Notes under the pieces: model-generated
What the model saw: only the letters and a program-made list of their open reading frames with translations
The model's database searches: none
Told to the model about the DNA's origin: nothing
Shown: in pieces, positions 1 to 8,666 of the stretch
Layout: each line of letters starts with the position of its first letter
How positions within the stretch are numbered: the first letter of the stretch is position 1
Made by a program: the position numbers and the translations under genes
Assembly: GCA_035995405.1 (NCBI GenBank)
Contig: DASYKL010000384.1
Span: 1-27,994, forward strand
Reading direction: 5' to 3'
DNA: 27,994 nt
Source of the DNA: Chloroflexota bacterium
GTDB lineage: Bacteria > Chloroflexota > UBA6077 > CF-72

Positions 1-568
1 CGACCAGGAACACCGACAGGCCATCGGTGCGCTTCTTGACCTGCTCGCGCGGCGTGGTGCGCGCAAGCAGCAGCAGCAAGTCGGAATGCTCGGCGCGCGA
101 GGTCCAGACTTTCTGGCCGTTGACGAGATAGCGGTCGCCGCGTCGCACCGCTGTGGTGCGCAGCCGAGTGGTCTCCGAACCGGCGTCTGGCTCGGTCACG
201 CCAAACGCCTGCAGGCGGAGCTCGCCACGTGCGACAGCAGGGAGATAGCGCTGCTTCTGCTCGGCCGAGCCGTGCCGCAAGACGGTGCCCATGATGTACA
301 TCTGGGCGTGGGCTGGGGCGGCGTTGCCACCGCTGCGGTTGATCTCTTCGAGCACGATCGAGGCTTCGGTAATGCCCAGGCCGGCGCCGCCGTACTCGGT
401 CGGGATGAGCACCGACAACCAACCTGCGTCGGTGAGCGTTTTGACGATTTCGGTCGGGTAGGCGCGCCGTCGATCCAGGTCGCGCCAGTAGGCATCGGGA
501 TAGGCCGCGCACAGCTCTCGGACGGCCGCCCGGATGGCGCCGTGTTCTTCAGGAGCGCTGAAGTCCAT
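1..568 (-). CDS. Acyl-CoA dehydrogenase, N-terminal part (runs off the left edge)
   Basis: Not in the ORF track. Manual minus-strand translation from ATG at 568 gives MDFSAPEEHGAIRAAVRELCAAYPDAYWRDLD...GDRYLVNGQKVWTSRAEHSDLLLLLARTTPREQVKKRTDGLSVFLV, with the typical ACAD NGQKxW and GLSxFLV motifs. Confidence 0.9.
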   Translation of the reverse strand, partial: MDFSAPEEHGAIRAAVRELCAAYPDAYWRDLDRRRAYPTEIVKTLTDAGWLSVLIPTEYGGAGLGITEASIVLEEINRSGGNAAPAHAQMYIMGTVLRHGSAEQKQRYLPAVARGELRLQAFGVTEPDAGSETTRLRTTAVRRGDRYLVNGQKVWTSRAEHSDLLLLLARTTPREQVKKRTDGLSVFLV

Positions 569-1034
569 TGTCGCTCGCGGTAGCGGCCAGAGGGTCGGCG
601 AAGCGGCTCAGGGCGGCGCGCATGGGCTGCGTCAGCTCGCGCGAACGCAGGCCGTCTGGACCATGGGCGGTGAACACGCGGTCCTCTCGGCCACGCACGA
701 TGAGTGTTTCCGCGCCGTCGGGTTCGACGCGCACGATCTCGTGGCGCAGACTCAGGCTGGAGCGGCCAACGCGAACGACCCACGTCCGCACTTCGAGCAG
801 ATCGTCCATGCGCGCCGGCGTCAGGTACTGCGCCTCGGTACCGACGACAGGGAAGCCGAACATGTCGCTGCCGGGCGGGATCATCGACTCGCGAGGAATG
901 CCCATCTCGCGCGCCAGAACGTGTGAGACGGTGTCCATCCAGGCATAAAAGCGCGGATAGAAGACGATGCCGGCCGGGTCGCAGTCACCCCAGCCGACCT
1001 GGACGCGCACGGAAAGGCACCCGTCCGACGGCAC
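549..1034 (-). CDS. Acyl-CoA thioesterase, hot-dog fold (4HBT/YbgC family)
   Basis: Motifs VGWGDCDPAGIVFYPRFY and YLTPARMDDLLEV. AGGAG lies just upstream. Overlaps the start of the ACAD gene, consistent with an operon. Confidence 0.85.
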   Translation of the reverse strand: MPSDGCLSVRVQVGWGDCDPAGIVFYPRFYAWMDTVSHVLAREMGIPRESMIPPGSDMFGFPVVGTEAQYLTPARMDDLLEVRTWVVRVGRSSLSLRHEIVRVEPDGAETLIVRGREDRVFTAHGPDGLRSRELTQPMRAALSRFADPLAATASDNGLQRS

Positions 1035-1072
1035 ACTCCTACATTAGCCGAACAGGCAGCAGTCGCTGTGAG

Positions 1073-1468
1073 TCAGCCGACCAGGTTCGAGGCGAAGCCC
1101 AGCAAACCGACGCCAGCGGCGATGAGCAGGCAGTTGCGGGCCAGGCGTGGCCGACCGGCTTGCGCGGTGCGCACGAACAACAGAATGCCGCCGATGACCA
1201 CGCCGAGTTTCAGCTCGACCAGCCCGAGCGGTCCGGCGCTGGTCATCACCGCGCGCGCCAGAGGATTCTGTTCCAGGGCGATGCCGTAGACCAGCATCAT
1301 CCGCAGGCCGGTCGCCAGGTCGAGCACGTGGAGCAGCAGCGCTAGTCCAGCCAGCACGTGAATGCCGACTGGCCCTGTGGCGAGCGTCGCGGCCCAGCTG
1401 ATGTCAGGGCCCAACAGCACCCACCGGGTCCACCCTTGCACTCGCGCTATGACTCCGACCTGGTTCAT
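1073..1468 (-). CDS. Small membrane protein, DUF5658-like
   Basis: About three hydrophobic segments with the LDLAT...EQNPL...LKL pattern seen in DUF5658 proteins. Start codon uncertain. Confidence 0.6.
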   Translation of the reverse strand: MNQVGVIARVQGWTRWVLLGPDISWAATLATGPVGIHVLAGLALLLHVLDLATGLRMMLVYGIALEQNPLARAVMTSAGPLGLVELKLGVVIGGILLFVRTAQAGRPRLARNCLLIAAGVGLLGFASNLVG

Positions 1469-1568
1469 TTCTTTTTAAGGCCTCGCAGAAGTTCGGTAAC
1501 TGCTGCATACGGTACGGGCCTCCGCGCCTGGCGGTCGTGGGCCTGCGGTTGAGAAGCGGCTGAGACGA

Positions 1569-3542
1569 TTGTCATACTCGTGCAACTCTTGGAAGACACC
1601 GTGCTGGTCGATACTTGGAACAGCCGTGTTTGCCTTACTGCTGGCGCGCCTCAAGCCTGGTCTGGCGGGGTTGTGGACGGGGCCGTCGGACCTGCCTCGG
1701 CCGCTGCGTCTCGAGCGGCGGCTGGTTCTGGGCCGCTGGCTCGGCATCGCGACGTTCAGCCTGGCGCTGGCGACCCACGCGTTGCCATCGGATGAAACCG
1801 TCGCCGCCTACGGTGTCCTGCTTGTGGCGGCTGCCTACAACCTGGTGTTGTTGTATTTGCTGCGGCAGCCGCGCATGACCTGGCTGCTGGGTATTCTGCC
1901 GACGATCGGCGATGGGCTCCTGTGCGCGGCGATGCTGACACTGGTCGGCGGCTTCGAAACCAGCTATTACAACGTGCTATACGCCGTGCTGGTGGCCTCG
2001 GCCATGCGGCTGGGGTTTGCTCAGGCGACGCGGGTCGCCATCCTGATCGGAATCATTGATCTGGGTGTCCGAGTCAGCCACGGCCAGGGGCTGGATGCGG
2101 CGTACATTGTGCGCACCGGCGTCCTGTTCTTGACCGTCCAGCTGACCAGCTTTTTGTTTGACGAATCGAAGCAGACGGAAGCCGATCTGGCCGAACGACT
2201 GCGTCATTCCGAGGTGTTGAATGGCGCGCTGGAGCACCAGGCGCTGCATGATTTGTTAACGGGCCTGCCGAATCGGATGCTCTTACACACCCGCGTACAG
2301 CAGGCGATCGCCGCGCCTGACCGAGGCGACACGTCGGTGGCCCTGCTCATCATCGACCTCGATCGGTTCAAAGAAATCAACGACACCTACGGCCACCACT
2401 ACGGCGATCTGCTGCTGCAGGAGATCGGCCCGCGGCTCCAGAACGTGGTCGATGACAGCGCGACCATCGCCCGCCTCGGCGGCGACGAATTCGCGGTGCT
2501 GTTGCCAGCCACCGACGCGCGGCACGCCGAGTTGCTGGCGCGCAAGCTGCTGTCCGCGCTGGAGCACTCATTCACCATCTCGGATGACAACGTCGGGGTG
2601 GATGTAGGGGGCAGTATCGGCATCGCACTGAGCCCGGCCCATGGCGCCGACTCGGATGTGCTGTTGCGGCGGGCCGACGTGGCGATGTACCTCGCCAAAC
2701 GCGATCGCAGCGGTTTTGCGATCTATGCGCCGGAGCTCGACCAGCACACTCCAGAACGACTGGCCATGGTCGGCGAGCTGCGGCGGGCGATCGATGGCGA
2801 CGAGCTACGGTTGGTGTTCCAGCCCAAGGTCAGCTTGCGCAGTGGCGAGTACGTCGGGGCCGAAGCGCTCATCCGCTGGCAGCATCCACAACGAGGCATG
2901 ATCCCGCCCGACCAGTTCATTCCACTGGCCGAGCAAACAGGCCTCATCAAAAACGTCAGTCAGTGGGTGCTCAGCGCCGCGCTGCGCCAGGCACGCGAGT
3001 GGCTGTCGATGGGGCTGAATGTGCCCATCGCCGTCAACCTGTCGATGCGCGACTTGCATGACGCTGAGCTGCCGGAGACCGTTGCTGGCCTGTTGCGGCA
3101 ATGGCACGTGCCGCCATCCATGCTGTTGGTCGAGATCACCGAGAACGGTTTGATGGCCGACCCGACGCGCGCCCTGCAGGTCATGAGTGGCCTGCGTGAG
3201 CTGGGCTTACGGATCGCGATCGATGATTTTGGGACAGGCTACTCGTCACTGGCTTACCTCAAACGTCTGCCCGTGGACGAGTTGAAGATCGATCGCTCGT
3301 TCATCCGTGACCTGGCCACTGATACCGACGACCTGGCCATAGTCCGCTCGACGATCAGCCTGGGCCACGACCTGGGGCTGAGTATCGTCGCCGAAGGCGT
3401 CGAGGATGCCGGCACGTTAGATCTGCTGGGGGTGCTCGGCTGTGACGTGGCGCAGGGCTATTTCACAGGCCGACCCATGAGCGCCGCAGCGCTGGTCGCA
3501 CTAATTTGCGAGCCGCGCCCGGAAGGTGCACTGGCAGCCTGA
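1569..3542 (+). CDS. Membrane-bound bifunctional diguanylate cyclase/phosphodiesterase (TM domain-GGDEF-EAL)
   Basis: Several N-terminal TM helices. GGDEF motifs HDLLTGLPNR, DLDRFKEINDTYGH and RLGGDEF. EAL motifs EALIRW, EITE, DDFGTGYSS, LKIDRSF and AEGVE. No RxxD I-site. The true start may be GTG 1626. Confidence 0.95.
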   Translation: MSYSCNSWKTPCWSILGTAVFALLLARLKPGLAGLWTGPSDLPRPLRLERRLVLGRWLGIATFSLALATHALPSDETVAAYGVLLVAAAYNLVLLYLLRQPRMTWLLGILPTIGDGLLCAAMLTLVGGFETSYYNVLYAVLVASAMRLGFAQATRVAILIGIIDLGVRVSHGQGLDAAYIVRTGVLFLTVQLTSFLFDESKQTEADLAERLRHSEVLNGALEHQALHDLLTGLPNRMLLHTRVQQAIAAPDRGDTSVALLIIDLDRFKEINDTYGHHYGDLLLQEIGPRLQNVVDDSATIARLGGDEFAVLLPATDARHAELLARKLLSALEHSFTISDDNVGVDVGGSIGIALSPAHGADSDVLLRRADVAMYLAKRDRSGFAIYAPELDQHTPERLAMVGELRRAIDGDELRLVFQPKVSLRSGEYVGAEALIRWQHPQRGMIPPDQFIPLAEQTGLIKNVSQWVLSAALRQAREWLSMGLNVPIAVNLSMRDLHDAELPETVAGLLRQWHVPPSMLLVEITENGLMADPTRALQVMSGLRELGLRIAIDDFGTGYSSLAYLKRLPVDELKIDRSFIRDLATDTDDLAIVRSTISLGHDLGLSIVAEGVEDAGTLDLLGVLGCDVAQGYFTGRPMSAAALVALICEPRPEGALAA

Positions 3543-3691
3543 GCGCCTGGAGCGGGCTTGGCACTACCGGTAGTGTCCGTTCGCCGCACATCGTCAACAT
3601 CTTGATGGCACGTCTCGTGCGGACGTACACTGCAGCGAGGCGGGCGGCCAGCCTGGAGCGCCAGCACGTTCGGTCGGCCGGACCCACCCCC

Positions 3692-3724
3692 GCACCCTCT
3701 GGGATCCACAGTCCCGGGGGGTGT
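3692..3724 (+). other. Stable hairpin with UCCACAG loop downstream of the GGDEF-EAL gene
   Basis: CACCCTCTGGGA-[TCCACAG]-TCCCGGGGGGTG forms a 12-bp stem. It is fully paired, with two G-U wobbles, only on the + strand. Confidence 0.5.
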
Positions 3725-3755
3725 CCCGTTTTCGGACTGGTAGTCCGACGACGAG

Positions 3756-3937
3756 AAAAAAAATGCCTAGTGGTCTAGACCCGCAGCGAACGAACGTTTC
3801 CGCCATTCGCAGCCCCTTCCAGCATCCACAGTACTGGCACTCAGCTTTCGCTGAATCGGGGCGGGGACCGGTCTGCCCTTTCGGGTTGTCGATTGTGGCT
3901 TCTGCCGGCCCCGTCGCGTGGTCTAGCTCACCAGGCA
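3756..3937 (-). ncRNA. Candidate structured non-coding RNA (~175 nt), family unrecognised
   Basis: 5' and 3' ends pair in a long closing stem. Three arms, three GAAA tetraloops, G-U wobbles that work only on the minus strand, a 5-bp pseudoknot, a U8 tract immediately after the stem, and a TACATT -10-like hexamer at 3948-3943. Confidence 0.6.
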
Positions 3938-4058
3938 GGAGCAATGTATCCCCGGGCGGGTGGCCGTCGCTAGGCACGCCGGCGGCGCATTATGGGCAGC
4001 ATTGGGCAGTGTTTTCCGGGGTGCCAGCCGGTTTGCTCTCACCCGTAAGATTCTGGGC

Positions 4059-5279
4059 GTGACCGTTCGTTCGGAGGTGGTAGTTGGCGCGCCGGGCTCG
4101 GCTGGCGTGTTTCGAACGCAGTTCGTCGATTTGCCGGCACCGCTACCACTCGACAGTGGTCGCACACTCGACCAGGTGCGCATCGCCTACGAGGCGTACG
4201 GTCGCTTGTCGCCGGCAAAAGACAACGTCATCCTGGTCTGCCACGCCTTGAGCGGTGACGCGCACGCGGCTGGCTACAGCGACGACCCTGATGCGCCGAG
4301 TGCGGTCGATGGCTTCCGCGCCGACGAGCGAGGCATCAAAGCCCGCGGCGGTCTCGGCTGGTGGGACGGCATGATCGGCCCCGGCAAAGCCTTCGACACC
4401 GACCGCTACTACGTCCTGTGTACCAATTTGATCGGCTCATGCCGCGGCTCGACCGGGCCGCTATCGGTCAACCCAGCGACAGGTCGTCCATACGCTCTGG
4501 ATTTCCCGGTTCTGACCGTCGGCGATATGGTCCGCGCCGAAGAGCGGTTCTTGAGACAGCTCGGCATCGACCGGCTGCTGGCCGTGGCGGGCGGATCGCT
4601 CGGCGGAATGCAGGCTCTCGAATGGTCGGTAGCGTATCCAGACACAGTACGGTCAGCTATCGCCATCGCCAGCACCGCCCGCCTGGGCAGTCAAGGTGTG
4701 GCCTGGAACGCGATCGCCCGCAGCGCGATCATGGCCGACCCCGCCTGGCAGGGCGGCAGCTACTACGGCACAGGTCGGGTGCCTACGGCCGGAATTGGTG
4801 TCGCGCGCATGGTCGGCCACGTGACGTACCTGTCGGCGGAGTCGATGCGCGTCAAATTCGACCGCCGACTGCAAGACCGCGAGCGATACTCATTCACCTT
4901 GACTGAGCCTGATTTCGCTGTCGAGAGCTACTTGCGCCACCAGGCCGATTCTTTCGCCAGCCGTTTCGACGCCAATAGCTATCTGTACATCTCGCGAGCG
5001 CTGACGTATTTCGACCTGGCCCGCGACCACGGTGACGGCTCGCTGTCCGACGCGGTGCGCGAATCGACGGCGCGTTATTTGCTGGTCTCGTTTTCGTCGG
5101 ACTGGCTGTACCCACCGCGGGACGCGCAGGAGCTCGAGGCGGCTCTGCGCGCCGAAAACAAGTCCGTCGAGCATCATTTGATCCAGGCTAGCTACGGGCA
5201 CGATTCGTTTCTGCTGGAAGAGGCGCGTCAAGCGCCGATTATCGCCGCGTTTCTGGAGGGAGTGATGAGCAATGACTGA
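4059..5279 (+). CDS. metX: Homoserine O-acetyltransferase (MetX family, alpha/beta hydrolase)
   Basis: Motifs LVCHALSGD, GWWDGMIGPG, nucleophile GGSLGGMQ, RFDANSYL, SDWLYP and GHDSFLLE. Start placed at GTG 4059, 7 nt after a TAAGAT -10-like hexamer (possibly leaderless). The ORF track extends to 3960. Confidence 0.93.
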   Translation: MTVRSEVVVGAPGSAGVFRTQFVDLPAPLPLDSGRTLDQVRIAYEAYGRLSPAKDNVILVCHALSGDAHAAGYSDDPDAPSAVDGFRADERGIKARGGLGWWDGMIGPGKAFDTDRYYVLCTNLIGSCRGSTGPLSVNPATGRPYALDFPVLTVGDMVRAEERFLRQLGIDRLLAVAGGSLGGMQALEWSVAYPDTVRSAIAIASTARLGSQGVAWNAIARSAIMADPAWQGGSYYGTGRVPTAGIGVARMVGHVTYLSAESMRVKFDRRLQDRERYSFTLTEPDFAVESYLRHQADSFASRFDANSYLYISRALTYFDLARDHGDGSLSDAVRESTARYLLVSFSSDWLYPPRDAQELEAALRAENKSVEHHLIQASYGHDSFLLEEARQAPIIAAFLEGVMSND

Positions 5280-6612
5280 GCCGCGCACATTCGGTTTCGA
5301 TACACGTGCCGTCCACGCGGGACAGCGGCCAGACCCATACACCGGGGCTCGCGCCGTACCGATCTTTCAAACCAGCAGCTACGTGTTCGAGGATGCCGAA
5401 TCAGCCGCGGCGTACTTCAACCTCCAGGAGTATGGCAACACCTACTCGCGGATCATGAATCCGACCGTCGCCACATTTGAAGAACGAGTGGCGAGTTTGG
5501 AAGGTGGAGCTGGCGCAGTGGCATTCGCCAGCGGCCTGGCCGCTCAGGCCGCGGCGCTATTCACCATGCTGCAGCCAGGCGATCACATTGTTGCCTCCGG
5601 CGCGTTGTACGGCGGCACCGTCACCCAGCTTAAACACCTGTCCCGCAAACTTGGACTGGAGCTGACATTTGTCGATCCGGACTCGGCGGATGCCTGGCGA
5701 CGCGCCCTGCGCGAGGACACCAAACTGCTGTATGGCGAGACGATCGGCAATCCAGGTGGCAACGTGCTCGACATCGGGTCGGTCGCCGAGATGGCCCATG
5801 ACATCGGTGCGCCGCTGATGATCGACAACACATTTGCGACGCCGTATTTGTGTCGGCCAATCGAGTTCGGCGCCGACATCGTCGTGCATTCGGCAACCAA
5901 GTTCATTGGCGGCCACGGCACGAGTATTGGCGGGATCGTCGTCGAAGCAGGGACGTTCGACTGGTCGAATGGACGCTATCCGGTTGTGGCGGACCCCTCG
6001 CCGGCGTACCACGGACTGGCTTTTCACGAAACCTTTGGCATGTATGGCTATTTGATGAAGCTGCGTTCCGAGTCGCTGCGCGATCTGGGCGCGTGCATGA
6101 GTCCATTCAACGCTTTTCTGTTCCTGCTGGGTCTGGAGACACTGCCGTTGCGCATGGAGCGCCATGTCGCGAACGCGCTGGGCGTCGCGCAGTATCTGCA
6201 GCGGCACCCGATGGTGGAAAGTGTGCGGTTCGCGGGCTTGTCGGATTCGTCGTATCGGCCCCTGGTCGAACGGTATTTGCCGCGTGGCGCCGGCGCCGTT
6301 TTCGCGTTCGATCTGCGCGGCGGCCGCGCCGCCGGCCAACGGTTCATCGAAACGCTGCAGCTGTGGAGTCACCTGGCGAATGTTGGTGATGCTAAGTCGC
6401 TGGTTATTCATCCGGCGAGTACGACGCATCGCCAGTTGAGCGACGAAGAGCTGATTGCAGCGGGAATTGGCGGTGGCACCATTCGACTCTCTGTCGGGTT
6501 AGAAACACTGGACGATCTCATCTGGGACCTCGATCGCGGACTGGCCGCCGCCGCCGCTGCCGACTTGACCGACGGGCGAGCCAGCATTCCTGAAGGGGAG
6601 GTGGTGGCGTGA
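5272..6612 (+). CDS. metY: O-acetylhomoserine aminocarboxypropyltransferase/sulfhydrylase (PLP-dependent)
   Basis: Motifs [21 protein letters not shown] lysine [11 protein letters not shown] and [31 protein letters not shown]. Overlaps the end of metX. Confidence 0.93.
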   Translation: MTEPRTFGFDTRAVHAGQRPDPYTGARAVPIFQTSSYVFEDAESAAAYFNLQEYGNTYSRIMNPTVATFEERVASLEGGAGAVAFASGLAAQAAALFTMLQPGDHIVASGALYGGTVTQLKHLSRKLGLELTFVDPDSADAWRRALREDTKLLYGETIGNPGGNVLDIGSVAEMAHDIGAPLMIDNTFATPYLCRPIEFGADIVVHSATKFIGGHGTSIGGIVVEAGTFDWSNGRYPVVADPSPAYHGLAFHETFGMYGYLMKLRSESLRDLGACMSPFNAFLFLLGLETLPLRMERHVANALGVAQYLQRHPMVESVRFAGLSDSSYRPLVERYLPRGAGAVFAFDLRGGRAAGQRFIETLQLWSHLANVGDAKSLVIHPASTTHRQLSDEELIAAGIGGGTIRLSVGLETLDDLIWDLDRGLAAAAAADLTDGRASIPEGEVVA

Positions 6613-7145
6613 CACAGGCAAACACGGAGCCGCTCGTGTGCGCGATTCCGGATCGCTCATCGGCCGAAGAAATCAGGCGCTTTCAAGACTCGGCGGCGAT
6701 ACGCCAGGTTCTCCACAACGCCCGTACGATTGCCGTTGTCGGCCTGTCTTCAAATGTCCTGCGCCCCAGCAACTTCGTCGCGTTTTACTTGCAGCGACAC
6801 GGCTACAAGATCGTGCCAGTTAATCCACGTGAGACAGAAGCTGTTGGCGAAAAGGCGTACCCCTCGCTCAGCGACATTCCTTTTCACGTCGATGTGGTCG
6901 ACGTGTTTCGCGCACCACCGTTCGTGCCCGAAATCGCTGCCGAATCGGTCAAGATCGGCGCGGACGCGCTGTGGCTCCAGTTCGGTGTGATTTCGGCGCA
7001 AGGCGCGCAAATCGCGACCCAGGGTGGTCTGAACGTGGTGATGGACCGCTGCATGAAAGTCGAGCACGCGCGGCACATGGGTCGCATGCATTGGCTGGGT
7101 TTCAATACGGGCGTCCTCGGCTCGCGCCGCCAGCCAAGTTCCTAG
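6609..7145 (+). CDS. CoA-binding protein (YccU-like Rossmann fold)
   Basis: Motifs TIAVVGLS, GYKIVPVNP, VDVVDVFR, LWLQFGV and VVMDRCMK. GTGA overlap with metY. Confidence 0.9.
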   Translation: MTQANTEPLVCAIPDRSSAEEIRRFQDSAAIRQVLHNARTIAVVGLSSNVLRPSNFVAFYLQRHGYKIVPVNPRETEAVGEKAYPSLSDIPFHVDVVDVFRAPPFVPEIAAESVKIGADALWLQFGVISAQGAQIATQGGLNVVMDRCMKVEHARHMGRMHWLGFNTGVLGSRRQPSS

Positions 7146-7150
7146 GCGCC

Positions 7151-7181
7151 AAAAAAGGGGGCCCGCTTGGGCCCCCTTTTT
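7151..7181. terminator. Bidirectional intrinsic terminator
   Basis: AAAAAAGGGGGCCC-GCTT-GGGCCCCCTTTTT between convergent genes. Confidence 0.9.
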
Positions 7182-7198
7182 GCTCCCCCCGGAGGTGG

Positions 7199-7963
7199 CT
7201 AGTCGCCGCCCGTGCCAGCGACTCCCTTACTGTTCAGTTTGGACTGCAGGCCGTCGATCGTTTCGCCCTTGTGGGCCTGACCCACTGGCGAGCCTTCGTC
7301 GACCGGTTGCAGCGTTCGCTTGGCGTCCAACTTGAACCGCCCGTCGGGGCCGCCCGTGACCACGAAGCCACTGGTCGCTTTCTGCAGGAACAGCACCTGT
7401 TCCTGGCCTGGGACCATCAATGCATCGTGCTCGGCGAGCATGGTCCGCGTCAGCGTCGGTGCGCCCTCACCGAGCGGGATCTGCACGACGCCGCCTGGCT
7501 GACTCACGGTGATCCGGTTGCCCTTGGCGACGCCAGCGCCGTTCCGCATGACTTGCGACACTTCGATGGTGAAGTCAGTCACAGGCATGCCTGCTGGCGG
7601 AGTGATGATGTTGGGCTGCAAGCGGCTGATTTCTGGCGTCTTGCCCGCACCGACTTTGTCTTTCGGCAAGTCTTTGGGCGCCGCGCTGGGCTGGAAGGCG
7701 TGCGGTTGCTCGCCGCTCGGCAGGATGAAGTGGACCGCGCCAGTGGCGACGACTCGACCGACGACGACCGCGTCGCTGGTGCTGTTCAGCTCGTCCAGGT
7801 TCTGCACGGGAACGCGGCCCATGTGCATTTCCACATCGCGGTTGGCGGCCCAGGCGCTCTCGTCGGGAGCGCCTTGCAGGCCTAGGAAAACGGTGGCGGC
7901 GACGACCAGAGCACCGGCGCTAGCAGCGTAAGCACGCCGACCGAAGAAGTGTTGCTTGTTCAT
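7199..7963 (-). CDS. Exported or membrane-anchored hypothetical protein, paralog of 8763-9425, TIMP/NTR-like OB-fold pattern
   Basis: AGAGGAG RBS. Basic N-terminus plus hydrophobic segment. Pattern LDELNSTSDAVVVGRVV...TDFTIEVSQVMRNG...ITVSQPGG...GQEQVLFL...GRFKLD. The fold is an inference. Confidence 0.8.
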   Translation of the reverse strand: MNKQHFFGRRAYAASAGALVVAATVFLGLQGAPDESAWAANRDVEMHMGRVPVQNLDELNSTSDAVVVGRVVATGAVHFILPSGEQPHAFQPSAAPKDLPKDKVGAGKTPEISRLQPNIITPPAGMPVTDFTIEVSQVMRNGAGVAKGNRITVSQPGGVVQIPLGEGAPTLTRTMLAEHDALMVPGQEQVLFLQKATSGFVVTGGPDGRFKLDAKRTLQPVDEGSPVGQAHKGETIDGLQSKLNSKGVAGTGGD

Positions 7964-8000
7964 GGTGGTTTCAGCTCCTCTGCGATGGTTTCTGATCGGC

Positions 8001-8666
8001 TCAGTACAGGTAATTGATGGTGTTGATGTCGTAGGTCCGCGGGCGGTTGTACGACCAGTTCAGGTAATCCATGATCGAGTAGTAGGAGTTGGGGTCGCCG
8101 CAGCCGCAGTAGGCTCCTGCGTGAGCCAGACCGAGGATGTGACCCATCTCGTGCGTCACATCACCAACCTGCAGGAAGTAGTTCCCGCTGTTGGCTTTGG
8201 CCGTGTTGAGCATGATCTGCCCAGCGGCGTATGTCTCATTCCAGCTCGGGTCGAGAACCTGGTGTGAGCTGAGGCAGCCAAAGAACCAGAAGTCGCAAAC
8301 GGTGTGCAGGGTGTACGCCTGCGCCCAACCCCACCAGCTGACGGATGGTTGGTAGGTCGAGTAGATGTCGACGTAGCCGTTGTAGACGCCGCCGTTGCAG
8401 GGCGGTGAACCGACTTCGTCGTACCAGATCGGTGTCGGTGTGGCGGTCCAGCCGGAGGCAGCATCGCCGGCGGCGCCGTAGAAGGTTCCCGCGCAACCGC
8501 GTGAGTAGTGGACGTGTAGTCCGCCGCCAGAATACGGCCAATGACCGTTCGGCCAGCCCATGTAATACGCACTCGCACTGAGCGGTGCTACGACGGTCGC
8601 CAACAGCATCACGACGGCCAGGCCCAGCGCTCGACGCCGACCACGAAACAATGAACGAATGCTCAT
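8001..8666 (-). CDS. Secreted matrixin-like (M10/metzincin) zinc metalloprotease
   Basis: Signal peptide ending ASA|Y. Extended zinc motif HEMGHILGLAH (HExxHxxGxxH), Met-turn SIMDY, and C-terminal helix DINTINYLY. ATG 8666 follows a GGGGGGA RBS. Confidence 0.9.
   Translation of the reverse strand: MSIRSLFRGRRRALGLAVVMLLATVVAPLSASAYYMGWPNGHWPYSGGGLHVHYSRGCAGTFYGAAGDAASGWTATPTPIWYDEVGSPPCNGGVYNGYVDIYSTYQPSVSWWGWAQAYTLHTVCDFWFFGCLSSHQVLDPSWNETYAAGQIMLNTAKANSGNYFLQVGDVTHEMGHILGLAHAGAYCGCGDPNSYYSIMDYLNWSYNRPRTYDINTINYLY

Noticed and set aside
86..948. Plus-strand ORFs 86-583, 534-926 and 568-948
   Set aside because: Antisense shadows of the acyl-CoA dehydrogenase and thioesterase genes, as expected at high GC.
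3700..3835. DnaA boxes / oriC suggested by ATCCACA repeats
   Set aside because: Only two copies, both lacking the TT of TTATCCACA. No AT-rich unwinding element and no dnaA context.
3845..3930. c-di-AMP (ydaO) riboswitch on + (CGCTGAATC...GGGGACC) or c-di-GMP-I on - (GGGCAGACC)
   Set aside because: Only short partial matches. The remaining conserved elements are missing, and GNRA loops plus G-U pairs favour a different minus-strand fold.
3780..4058. SAM-I/SAM-IV riboswitch upstream of metX
   Set aside because: No AUC.AGAG / GCAACC / GUGC..AUUCC core on the + strand. The structure present belongs to the opposite strand.
3458..4062. ORF-track ORFs across the GGDEF-metX intergenic region
   Set aside because: No RBS or recognisable motifs, and they overlap a structured RNA and a U-tract.
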